Positions 45,053 through 53,546 of a stretch of DNA of 64,000 nt are shown in pieces. Source of the stretch: a virus (Duplodnaviria > Heunggongvirae > Uroviricota > Caudoviricetes). Under the pieces are notes generated by a model. The model searched no databases. It was not told the DNA's origin and saw only the letters and a program-made list of their open reading frames with translations. The position numbers and the translations under genes were made by a program. The DNA lies in IMG/VR virus record IMGVR_UViG_3300042991_000725, positions 59,632 through 123,631 of that record; one strand, written 5' to 3'. Position 1 is the stretch's first letter; each line of letters begins with the position of its first letter.

Positions 45053-45365
45053 TTGTCTTCCTCCCAAGTTTAACAGCCATATCAACAATAAGCGTCTGTT
45101 CGTCAATGTTCATTTCAAATATTTTAGACAGTTTTTTAGCTATTTTGTTTTTTTCGACATCGTTAATACATATTTCAAAAAAATCACCAACACTAGAAAG
45201 GTCCGTGATTAAAGAACATTCCGCGTGTTCTATACCACACATTTTACCTATTGTTTTTAGCACACGTTCTATAGCCTTGGCATGCTTCTTGACTATTCCT
45301 CTATTTGCTACAGTAATTTTTTTCCTCATTGGCTCTCCATTAAATATCAAAGGTTTCTGCATCAT
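45045..45365 (-). CDS. hypothetical protein
   Basis: 106-aa ORF. Confidence 0.4.
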   Translation of the reverse strand: MMQKPLIFNGEPMRKKITVANRGIVKKHAKAIERVLKTIGKMCGIEHAECSLITDLSSVGDFFEICINDVEKNKIAKKLSKIFEMNIDEQTLIVDMAVKLGRKTNV

Positions 45366-45529
45366 CTATATATTCATCTAACTCCTCTTTATATATAGAT
45401 CGTTGATATTCAACAATCCTGTTGGTTTTTTTCTTAAATTTTTCGGTTTTATCAAAAAAAACAATCTCTTTTAGCCTCTTCTCTTTCTTCGTGCTTTGTT
45501 TAACGTGCTCTCTGTCGTCACATTCCATC

Positions 45530-45802
45530 TTAACCGCTCCTACGAATAATATTAATGTAATTACGCTTAGTCTTTAAGCACTCGTCGCACACAAGAATCT
45601 CTATCCGTTCAATTCCCCCATCACTTCCGCGCCTATTTCCCATGTGATCCATTAATGTGTCATACAGCGCAGAGCCATAATTCCCGGCATCTTGGAAAAT
45701 AACTGTACTTGCTGGCGCTTCCCAAGTATCAATCCCTTTACCAGCAGGTTTTATTTTTTTAGAACAAACAATACACTTTGGATTACTTTTTAGTGTCTTC
45801 AT
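45530..45802 (-). CDS. zinc-ribbon protein
   Basis: 90 aa; CIVC...CDEC. Confidence 0.4.
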   Translation of the reverse strand: MKTLKSNPKCIVCSKKIKPAGKGIDTWEAPASTVIFQDAGNYGSALYDTLMDHMGNRRGSDGGIERIEILVCDECLKTKRNYINIIRRSG

Positions 45803-46100
45803 TTTCCGTCCTCTTTTTTCTTATCCATAATTTGCATATTCCAAACTGATTAATTCGTCTTCCGTTTGTCCAATGTTCCCACATGGCCCTTTGTTCTTTA
45901 AGCATCTGTTGCTCTGCCCTATTAAACGGTTCATTCATTTCTACTGATCCGCATAATGGACGCTCTCCGTTGTTTGCTGAACAAAAACACTTGCTATTTA
46001 TATCTAGGTCTTTGTATTCAAAAAACCACTTACAATTCCAACAGCCATCTTGTTTTTTATACGACCTATCTAATTTATAGAGCTTTGTTTGTTTTGCCAT
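45783..46100 (-). CDS. Cys-rich hypothetical protein
   Basis: 105-aa ORF. Confidence 0.4.
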   Translation of the reverse strand: MAKQTKLYKLDRSYKKQDGCWNCKWFFEYKDLDINSKCFCSANNGERPLCGSVEMNEPFNRAEQQMLKEQRAMWEHWTNGRRINQFGICKLWIRKKRTENEDTKK

Positions 46101-47319
46101 AATTTAAAAACCTTTCAGCTATTTGTGGTTTAACATATGATTTAAGTCCTCTTCGTATGCCATTGATTAATACATCGGTTAGTTCTGGACCTCCACGTTT
46201 AAGTGCCATAAGAAGCCTATATGTAGTTTCTGTTTGCCCACAACGCCCAAAGCAATTGTATTCGATAAAACGCTTAGCGTCTTTAATAAACCCATTATCT
46301 TGCAGTACTGTCGCCCATCGAATAACAAATTCTTTTTTGGCGTCAAAGTCGACCAGCGGCGCGTTTTCAAGCGGCGTTCTTGAAGATGGTTGAAAGTTGG
46401 TAATGCTGAAATCAATACGTATGTTGTGGGAGCAACCTTTTCTCATTTGTCCGATGATATTTACCCAATTATACCATTCTTGATAATTGTCGTTTGGCAG
46501 TCCGTATATGAGATAAAAATGCAGAGTTGTCATATATGACATCATTTTTTGTATAGAATCTAACATAAAATCATTAGTAAAACCTTTCCCGATGCGCTTA
46601 CGCGTTTGTTCATCGAAGCTTTCTATTCCAGTGCGAACATTCTTTTGTAAATAATTTTGATATTTTATAATATTATTAATATAGAACATACATGTGTCTG
46701 AGTTAGCGACGAATATTTTTTTTGACATGGCATACTGGATAAGTTCATCAAACTTCGAGTAACCGGCAAAATTGGCAGACATAAAATTTACCGTCCTTGC
46801 CCCGTTTTTTACAAGCCAATCTATTTGTTTTTTGGCAAGATTCAGTTGTTTTTCTCTGTACTTGCACGTATTCCAAGAATATTCACAAAATGCACACTTA
46901 AGCCTGCAGCCTCTGGTTAATTCTATAATGCCGTTTTTATTGTTATTAATGAACGGATTCGTTACTATTTCATCTTTATTTTCTTTGTAATCATATTCGC
47001 CGCAAAACGTGCTATCAACAATGTCTTTTAATATCCAGTTATTGCCTATGCCTTGACCTCCAGCGATAATAACCGGCAGTCCATTGCGCCTATTTTTGAG
47101 AGGCTCAATCTTATTAATTCGTAAAAACGCCATTGCATTTATTATTTGTAATGGATAAAATATGTTAAATCCAATTGCGCTATATTGTTCCCAGTTTACT
47201 TTTTTGCTCCATTTTATTACATCGGCATTCCAAGAATCTTTTACTATTTGTAGGCCGAAATTTACTGTGTTTACTTGTTCAAGGTCGTATGGAGTTGTGT
47301 CTACTATTAGTGTTTTCAT
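46075..47319 (-). CDS. radical SAM protein with N-terminal B12-binding-like domain
   Basis: 414 aa; N-terminal ~150 aa Rossmann-like (VIIAGGQGIGN); core ELTRGCRLKCAFCEY = CxxxCxxC. Confidence 0.55.
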   Translation of the reverse strand: MKTLIVDTTPYDLEQVNTVNFGLQIVKDSWNADVIKWSKKVNWEQYSAIGFNIFYPLQIINAMAFLRINKIEPLKNRRNGLPVIIAGGQGIGNNWILKDIVDSTFCGEYDYKENKDEIVTNPFINNNKNGIIELTRGCRLKCAFCEYSWNTCKYREKQLNLAKKQIDWLVKNGARTVNFMSANFAGYSKFDELIQYAMSKKIFVANSDTCMFYINNIIKYQNYLQKNVRTGIESFDEQTRKRIGKGFTNDFMLDSIQKMMSYMTTLHFYLIYGLPNDNYQEWYNWVNIIGQMRKGCSHNIRIDFSITNFQPSSRTPLENAPLVDFDAKKEFVIRWATVLQDNGFIKDAKRFIEYNCFGRCGQTETTYRLLMALKRGGPELTDVLINGIRRGLKSYVKPQIAERFLNYGKTNKAL

Positions 47320-47489
47320 AAGAAAGGCTGGTGATCAGGTCGCTATGTCGTATGATGGTGTCCCGACGGTATTGAGCGGGCTTCCGCCTGTCGGTGAGTC
47401 TTGACTTATAGCCAAGAGCGCCTCATACAAACGTCTTAGTGACGAACACCCCTCATTGCGCCAGCCGCTATTATATACACTCAAATTCA

Positions 47490-48053
47490 TTATTTGTTTT
47501 TTGACCATAAACCAATGCCCTTGTCTTTGGCTACACATTCTTCTTTAATATATTCCGACCTATGCTTGAAATTAAATTTTGTATAAGCAAGAGCATAGCC
47601 GTATCTTATAAGATTAAGATTCAAACAATCTCCATTTTCGTCATAAACATACGCAAGGGTTCTTCCAAACATGTCTGTTTTTTTGTCTCCAAATTCTAAA
47701 TAAAGATTTTTATTGTATGTAAATGTTTCAGTATATATTTTTGCCTCTTCTGCCATATATTCTGGGCGGTGACTATTGCTTTTCATTTCTGGCGTATCCA
47801 CACCTATTAGTCGTACCTTTATAACTTCTCTGTTGTTCGTTATTCTAACCTCTATCGTGTCTCCGTCTATACTTCTAGTCATTTTTGCTTTTGTAAGACT
47901 TTCTTGAAAGGGGGTTGTAGCAATCTTAGCAGACTTTGTTTTATATTCTTTTGTTGTGTCATTGTTCTCTACACAAATATTAATTATTATGCTTGAAAAA
48001 AGTCCAGCTACAAAGCAAAAAAAATACATAAACGTTGTGATTGTTTTATTCAT
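47490..48053 (-). CDS. secreted thermonuclease (staphylococcal-nuclease/SNc family)
   Basis: N-terminal hydrophobic signal/TM; DGDTIEVR...RLIGVDTPE...GDKKTDMFGRTLAYV...NLNLIRYGYALAY...GLW matches the SNase catalytic core. Confidence 0.8.
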   Translation of the reverse strand: MNKTITTFMYFFCFVAGLFSSIIINICVENNDTTKEYKTKSAKIATTPFQESLTKAKMTRSIDGDTIEVRITNNREVIKVRLIGVDTPEMKSNSHRPEYMAEEAKIYTETFTYNKNLYLEFGDKKTDMFGRTLAYVYDENGDCLNLNLIRYGYALAYTKFNFKHRSEYIKEECVAKDKGIGLWSKNK

Positions 48054-48288
48054 TTTTTCCCATATCTACTGTTGTATTATATACACATCCGTTTATTACT
48101 AAGCAAAGTTTTACAAGATCGTCTAACTTTCCGTTAAAAATAACTTTTGCATTTTCAATACAATCCGGTGTGGGCTCGGCCACAAACCCTATTATACACA
48201 TATTTGTTCTTTTAACAAGTTCAGCAGAAAGCTCTTCATTTGTATATATCTCTATACCAACAGAACGTTTGCAATTGTTTTTTTTCAC
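48046..48288 (-). CDS. hypothetical protein
   Basis: 80-aa ORF. Confidence 0.35.
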   Translation of the reverse strand: MKKNNCKRSVGIEIYTNEELSAELVKRTNMCIIGFVAEPTPDCIENAKVIFNGKLDDLVKLCLVINGCVYNTTVDMGKNE

Positions 48289-48491
48289 TTTTTGCCCCCG
48301 TCTGTATGCTTTAATACAAGTGCATTATAAATAGAGTCGTTATTAATGTCTGAACTATAGTTCAAATATTCCTTCTTCGTCCGCTTATAGAATAGCTTTA
48401 TATTATCCCCATATATTTTTCTAATATCGCTGGAAACGCTCCATAACTTTTTAACAGCTTTTCTAATTATCTTTGCTTTTTTTTCGTTCAT
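48285..48491 (-). CDS. hypothetical protein
   Basis: 68-aa basic ORF. Confidence 0.35.
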   Translation of the reverse strand: MNEKKAKIIRKAVKKLWSVSSDIRKIYGDNIKLFYKRTKKEYLNYSSDINNDSIYNALVLKHTDGGKK

Positions 48492-48993
48492 TTAGTTCTC
48501 CAAAGTAGGCATTGCTAAGATTTAAGACTTTGTTGTTGTGTTTTTTGTTCTTTGGATATAACACAACACGGCACCCTTCTTTGTTGCTGGGATCAATGAA
48601 ATAAGTAGCCATATCCTCTATTACTTCCTCTGGCACCTTCTCGGAAATGTCGCACCTTTTGTTATTTTCAAAGCATTTTTTTATAGTTGTTGTGACCCAC
48701 ACTATGGTTGTTTTCGCCCCATAATCCTGTCCTATATTTATCCATTTGGCCCTTATTCTTCTGCTTATGTTTGTTTCGTCTATGATGACAGAAGATCCCT
48801 GCATCAACAAGAGTCTAGCTAACGACTCAGCTACTGCCCATACAAACATTTCGGCATTCTCGTGATATTGATGGCCAAAGATTGTTCTGCGAATTACATC
48901 TTTAGAAACAACAATTTCGTTCTTTTTTTTATTTTTTTTAATCCATGTAGATTTGCCAGACCTTGGGAGCCCACACATTATTATTAAGTTCAT
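48463..48993 (-). CDS. polynucleotide 5'-kinase (T4 Pnk kinase-domain-like)
   Basis: GLPRSGKSTW P-loop, VSKDVIRRTI, VIIDETNISRRIRAKW, NNKRCDISEKVPEEVIEDM closely parallel the T4 Pnk kinase domain (GCPGSGKSTW...INRDDYRQSI...VIISDTNLNPERRLAW...RNSKRGTKAVPIDVLRSM). Confidence 0.7.
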   Translation of the reverse strand: MNLIIMCGLPRSGKSTWIKKNKKKNEIVVSKDVIRRTIFGHQYHENAEMFVWAVAESLARLLLMQGSSVIIDETNISRRIRAKWINIGQDYGAKTTIVWVTTTIKKCFENNKRCDISEKVPEEVIEDMATYFIDPSNKEGCRVVLYPKNKKHNNKVLNLSNAYFGELNERKKSKDN

Positions 48994-49394
48994 TGGATGC
49001 TACCCACACAGTCTTTGCATAGGGTTGTGTACCATCCATTTTGACAAATAAGCTCTCCGTCTTTGCCACAAAATTCACATATTCTTGCACTATCTTTTTC
49101 AGCCTCTCTTATAAGATTTTCCATTTCATCTGTGCTTGTGGACATATAGAAGCGCAATGTACCAAATTTACTTTTAACTTGAGAAGCTATTGGATAAAAA
49201 TCTTCGTTGCAATCTTCTGCTTTGTATCCAATAATAAGTTTTTCTAATTTTGACGACAAATTATAAATAAGATCATACCATCCAGATCCGCATTCGAATC
49301 TTAAACAATTTAGATTTTGCTCGATTGTCATATTTTTTCCCATATACAGATTTGGGAAATTATTGATTAATTTTTTTTCTAATTTTGAATACAT
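48990..49394 (-). CDS. hypothetical protein
   Basis: 134-aa ORF; C-terminal CEFCGK...CKDC. Confidence 0.4.
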   Translation of the reverse strand: MYSKLEKKLINNFPNLYMGKNMTIEQNLNCLRFECGSGWYDLIYNLSSKLEKLIIGYKAEDCNEDFYPIASQVKSKFGTLRFYMSTSTDEMENLIREAEKDSARICEFCGKDGELICQNGWYTTLCKDCVGSIQ

Positions 49395-49450
49395 TGTGCG
49401 TCTTGCAACAAATGTGTTTTATTTTATTGATAAATTGGCCATATTGGAAG

Positions 49451-49708
49451 TCAGACTTTATCGTTTGTCTCTAAAAAATTTATCATTTCTTCTTGAGTAT
49501 TATTATTCAATATTATTTCTTGGAAACAGCCATAGGTGCATTTGTAGCCAAACACATATCTTATTGCAATCCATAATCTTTGCAAGAGCCGAAGATGCGT
49601 TAAATGAATCTCTACATAAACTTCTGGCTCACCATCTATTTTGCGCAGGATTAACTGATGTTCTGGAGAAGAGCAGGCGCAAAAGAAAATAATGTCTTTG
49701 TTTTTCAT
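49451..49708 (-). CDS. hypothetical protein
   Basis: 85-aa ORF. Confidence 0.35.
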   Translation of the reverse strand: MKNKDIIFFCACSSPEHQLILRKIDGEPEVYVEIHLTHLRLLQRLWIAIRYVFGYKCTYGCFQEIILNNNTQEEMINFLETNDKV

Positions 49709-49986
49709 TGTTTGGCTATCTTATATCCGATTTTATTTTTTATCAATTCTTCGTGTCTTTTTGCTATGCTTTCAATTTTTCTATGTAAAATACGTGCGAG
49801 CCTATCTTTTGCCGTTATTATATAATAATTTAAAATAATGGCGTCTTCTTCCTCGGTAAACAACTTACCACAACCACAGTTTTTCTTTTTGGCGGTTTCC
49901 AATAACTCTAACGTCTGCCTGTCTATTTTTACAACTTTATAATTTTTGCTTCCTGCGCCTGAACCCTTGCAAGTTTCGGCTTCCAT
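49705..49986 (-). CDS. hypothetical protein
   Basis: 93-aa ORF. Confidence 0.35.
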   Translation of the reverse strand: MEAETCKGSGAGSKNYKVVKIDRQTLELLETAKKKNCGCGKLFTEEEDAIILNYYIITAKDRLARILHRKIESIAKRHEELIKNKIGYKIAKQ

Positions 49987-50753
49987 GTGTACTCTCCCTT
50001 ATCAGAAATGGTAAAAATAACAAAACCGATATCTATTGTTGTCGAACAGCGTCTAGCACCATACTTGGACCCCATTGCTTGCATCCCGGGGAGTGTCATT
50101 GCCAACCAGTCAGAGTCTCCACAATATGCATACTTGTGTACGTGTGCGCGTACAATAATATCTGCTTTAGGTTGTTCTCCGTGTATATTCCAAAGCACGT
50201 TTTGCAGACGTTCTTTTGCAACAGGAGTCATTCTGCCATAGGGGACAGAAGATCCACCAATATGATGCTTTAGATCAAATAATACTCCATTTATTTCTAC
50301 AAACTCCTGACTACCTATTGATTTTGCTCCAACCTTAGCCGCTATTGTGTCCTCTAAATCTTCATAAGTCCCTGAGTGGTAAGGAGTCCCATACACAATG
50401 CTTATGCTTTTCGCATTGATTGTTTTGATAACCTCTATAGCCATATCGCATTGTTCATCACGATCAACGGTAATTAATTCCGTACTTCCAGACTTCTCTC
50501 CTCTGCCGTCTATGCAATCTCCGCCAATAAGGGCAAAGTCTAGTCCTCCGTAATGCCGCTTAATGTCTTTAATTTCGTTTTTGAACCAATTCCAGATTTC
50601 TTTTTGTATCTTGGCAAACTTGTCACGCTTATGTTCAGAAATCGTTCCTGTGCCGCTTTCTATCACTCGATAATGATAATTTGAAGGCGTAAGTCCACTA
50701 CGGTGTCCGCAATGAAAATCTGCTATAGCTATTCCAACTTTTTGTTTTCCCAA
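49929..50753 (-). CDS. calcineurin-like metallophosphoesterase
   Basis: IADFHCG (DxH), GGDCIDGRG (GDxxDRG), RAHVHKY (GHxH). Confidence 0.7.
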   Translation of the reverse strand: MGKQKVGIAIADFHCGHRSGLTPSNYHYRVIESGTGTISEHKRDKFAKIQKEIWNWFKNEIKDIKRHYGGLDFALIGGDCIDGRGEKSGSTELITVDRDEQCDMAIEVIKTINAKSISIVYGTPYHSGTYEDLEDTIAAKVGAKSIGSQEFVEINGVLFDLKHHIGGSSVPYGRMTPVAKERLQNVLWNIHGEQPKADIIVRAHVHKYAYCGDSDWLAMTLPGMQAMGSKYGARRCSTTIDIGFVIFTISDKGEYTWKPKLARVQAQEAKIIKL

Positions 50754-50926
50754 TTCAAGGCTCCTTTAAAACGTTGGTTTAATATGCTACTTGACATGAT
50801 AATAGATATAAAACATCTGAATATACTGTCAACTTTTTTATTTTTCCTGTAGATTGACCGTATATAATATACAAGACAGGGGGGTATTTGGCGTTTCATA
50901 TGCGGCGCACCCGTGCTCAAACTTTA

Positions 50927-51010
50927 GAAAAAGAAAGAAGAAAAAAGAGAAAGAAAGAAAAGAAAGAAGCAAAGAAAAGAAAGAAAGAGAAAAAAGAATA
51001 AAGAAAAAGA
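50927..51010. repeat. polypurine (AAGAAAGA)n low-complexity tract
   Basis: ~85 bp of A/G only on the plus strand in the divergent intergenic region. Confidence 0.7.
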
Positions 51011-51325
51011 TTGCAATTACTTATTATATAAAGATTTAAAGGAGTAGTAATTGCTCGAACTTCAAAATCTGCATTTTGACGGCAATTCTTGAATTCAAAC
51101 GAACGTTTGTATGCCCTCCCAGATGGCCGTTTTTACACACATACGCACACCGCCTTTATAAATAAGACAATATTATATCTGGGCGACCCGATAATTCTAT
51201 ATCCGCTTGTGATTGATAATAAAAAAATTTTGTTGACAGTATTTTCGGGTCTTGACAATCTATATTGGTATGCATGCATCTTTGCCAATCAATAACTTTA
51301 AGCGTTTCATACCACGGAGGGGACA

Positions 51326-51550
51326 ATGGGCGATTCTAAAAAAACTAGGATTAAGGCTTCTATCAACGTTAAACCGACCAAAAGAATGCTTGATGAGATT
51401 GCTGCAAACGAGGAGGCTATGGCGGCGCTTAAACACAAAGATGGTCACGAAGACAAGTCTGATTGTTTTATTTGTATTGACAAGTGCAAATGTGATGATA
51501 TAATTTCAAAGAACATTAAAAACAAAAAGCGTATAAAAAAGGATAACTAG
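51326..51550 (+). CDS. hypothetical protein
   Basis: 74 aa; CFICIDKCKCDD. Confidence 0.4.
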   Translation: MGDSKKTRIKASINVKPTKRMLDEIAANEEAMAALKHKDGHEDKSDCFICIDKCKCDDIISKNIKNKKRIKKDN

Positions 51551-52227
51551 TGCGCATTGTTGCCGTATCAATAAACAATAAAAAGTATTATTTTTTTGAT
51601 AAAAACCAAGACAAGAGCATCAGCCTTGCTAACGCCTGTTACGGCAAGTTTGAAGAAATTATCGAGTTTATTATCAACAAAAAGGCAATGCTTTATTTGG
51701 ACATGTTGCCCACATATGAAAAAGGAGATATAGCCCAGGAGATGCGGATAATCGCTTTAAATTCATTCAAAGATTTTGATGTCAGTGTTGTTTTTGGTAA
51801 AAAGAAAAATATACCAGCTAAAGATTGTGAAAATCTTATTTATATGTTTGTTCTTAAAGCAATAACGTGGCGGATGTTTAACATCAGGAGAGATAAATTA
51901 GTTAGAACCTCGGACCCGTGTTATTACTGCAAAAAGAAAACAAAAAACAAAAATGGGACATGTTCTATAAAATGTAAAAATATCCATAACAAGGTTGTTG
52001 ACGACAAGATCAAGATGAATCTATTGCTCCCATATTCTATTTTTGACGACAACTACAAACAAAAAAGAGTAGTTAAAAACAACGATGTTCAATTGCTTAA
52101 TATCATGGTGAAAGAGGCGTTTGATTACAATATAGATGATTTAAATAATTTTATTTATAAAGGTGAAATGCCATATGATAAGCGAGCCAGGCTCAAAAAA
52201 AAGCTCAGAAAATATTTTTTCAAGTAA
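51550..52227 (+). CDS. hypothetical protein
   Basis: 225 aa, GTG start; CYYCKKK...CSIKCKN. Confidence 0.4.
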   Translation: MRIVAVSINNKKYYFFDKNQDKSISLANACYGKFEEIIEFIINKKAMLYLDMLPTYEKGDIAQEMRIIALNSFKDFDVSVVFGKKKNIPAKDCENLIYMFVLKAITWRMFNIRRDKLVRTSDPCYYCKKKTKNKNGTCSIKCKNIHNKVVDDKIKMNLLLPYSIFDDNYKQKRVVKNNDVQLLNIMVKEAFDYNIDDLNNFIYKGEMPYDKRARLKKKLRKYFFK

Positions 52228-53047
52228 TTTTGGTGGAGAGTTTTTGTCCGACGAAACTAAAGGGGAAGGGAAAGAAGATAGCGATAAGTCGGTTAAGATA
52301 AGCAGGCCAAAGATTTCGAGGAAAATAACGGACTTTGACAAAGACTACATCAAGCGAAACTATCTTGTTATGTCTGATGAAGAAATAGCAGATGCGCTTG
52401 GCAAGACTGCCGCATCGGTATATAAGGCAAGGAAGGCTCTTGGATTTCTAAAAGATTCTGCATCTATTGAAAAAAACAAAGACGTTTTTGATAAAGACAA
52501 ACAAGACTCAATTTCTGCATTAAGTGACCACGACAGGGCGACTTTAGCCATTGCAGAACTTAAAAGGTCTGGCCATTACAAGTGGATAGAAACAGAACTT
52601 ATAGAAAACGAAAAAGATATTTATTTGCGAGAATTTGCGGATCAAATAGCACAACTTGAGGGTATAACCCCAGCAGAAGTCCATTCACTTCATATCATGT
52701 TAATGGAAAGAATTAAGCAACACAGAATAAACGAGCTTAAGGCGGACAAACTCCGTGAGGCCAGAGCGCAGGGTGGCTCTATAGACACAGATGCTCTTCT
52801 TACGCTTGAGAAAGAGTATAGTGAGAGTGTCAAAAACTATAGGGAGATACAAAAAACACTTATGTTAGAAAGGAGAGAAAGAAAAGATATTGCTAAAAAC
52901 AAGTATGATCTTATCAGTCTTATAAAGAAGTTGTCTGAAAGAAAGTCTAGAGACGAGATTGGTAAAGAAATAGTAGAAACAAATTTGGCGACGATAGAGT
53001 ACAGGAGTACAATAGCAGCTAATGCTGTTTTTGGCGACCAACAATAA
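52163..53047 (+). CDS. HTH protein (sigma-70 region-4-like) with C-terminal coiled coil
   Basis: MSDEEIADALGKTAASVYKARKALG resembles sigma region 4 / small-terminase-type HTH; true start probably downstream of 52163. Confidence 0.4.
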   Translation: MKCHMISEPGSKKSSENIFSSNFGGEFLSDETKGEGKEDSDKSVKISRPKISRKITDFDKDYIKRNYLVMSDEEIADALGKTAASVYKARKALGFLKDSASIEKNKDVFDKDKQDSISALSDHDRATLAIAELKRSGHYKWIETELIENEKDIYLREFADQIAQLEGITPAEVHSLHIMLMERIKQHRINELKADKLREARAQGGSIDTDALLTLEKEYSESVKNYREIQKTLMLERRERKDIAKNKYDLISLIKKLSERKSRDEIGKEIVETNLATIEYRSTIAANAVFGDQQ

Positions 53048-53069
53048 ATCAAGAACGGAGGATTTTTAT

Positions 53070-53537
53070 ATGATGTATAATAAGATAGCACTGGCCGGAA
53101 ATCTTACGAGAGACGTAGAGATTAAGCAGACAAAAGACGGGGAGACATTTGGTGTTTGCTCTATGGCTGTTCGTAATGGCTATGGAGATAATGCGGAGGT
53201 TTTTTTTGTTGATTTTATAATGTTTAATAAAACAGCCGAGGTTATAGCTTCTACGTGTGGGAAAGGGTCTACGATTTTAATTGATGGCCGCTTGGATCAA
53301 GATGTTTGGGAAACAGGAAACGGGGAAAAGCGAACAAAGTTTAAGGTGGTTGTTAATAATGCGCAGATTGTGAGAAGCAAGAGAGATATTGCCAACGGAC
53401 AACCTGTTGCTGGTGTAGTAAATAGTGTTAAAGTAAAAGACGAGCCCAAAAGAGGAAGACCTCCGAAGCAGCAACCGGCACCAGTTGAAGACGCGGTCGA
53501 GAACAATCCAACAACAGAAAATGAGCTCCCATTTTAA
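53070..53537 (+). CDS. ssb: single-stranded DNA-binding protein
   Basis: Start MMYNKIALAGNL with GGAGG SD; OB-fold SSB pattern; acidic C-terminal tail ending ENELPF. Confidence 0.8.
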   Translation: MMYNKIALAGNLTRDVEIKQTKDGETFGVCSMAVRNGYGDNAEVFFVDFIMFNKTAEVIASTCGKGSTILIDGRLDQDVWETGNGEKRTKFKVVVNNAQIVRSKRDIANGQPVAGVVNSVKVKDEPKRGRPPKQQPAPVEDAVENNPTTENELPF

Positions 53538-53546
53538 TGGTGGACA

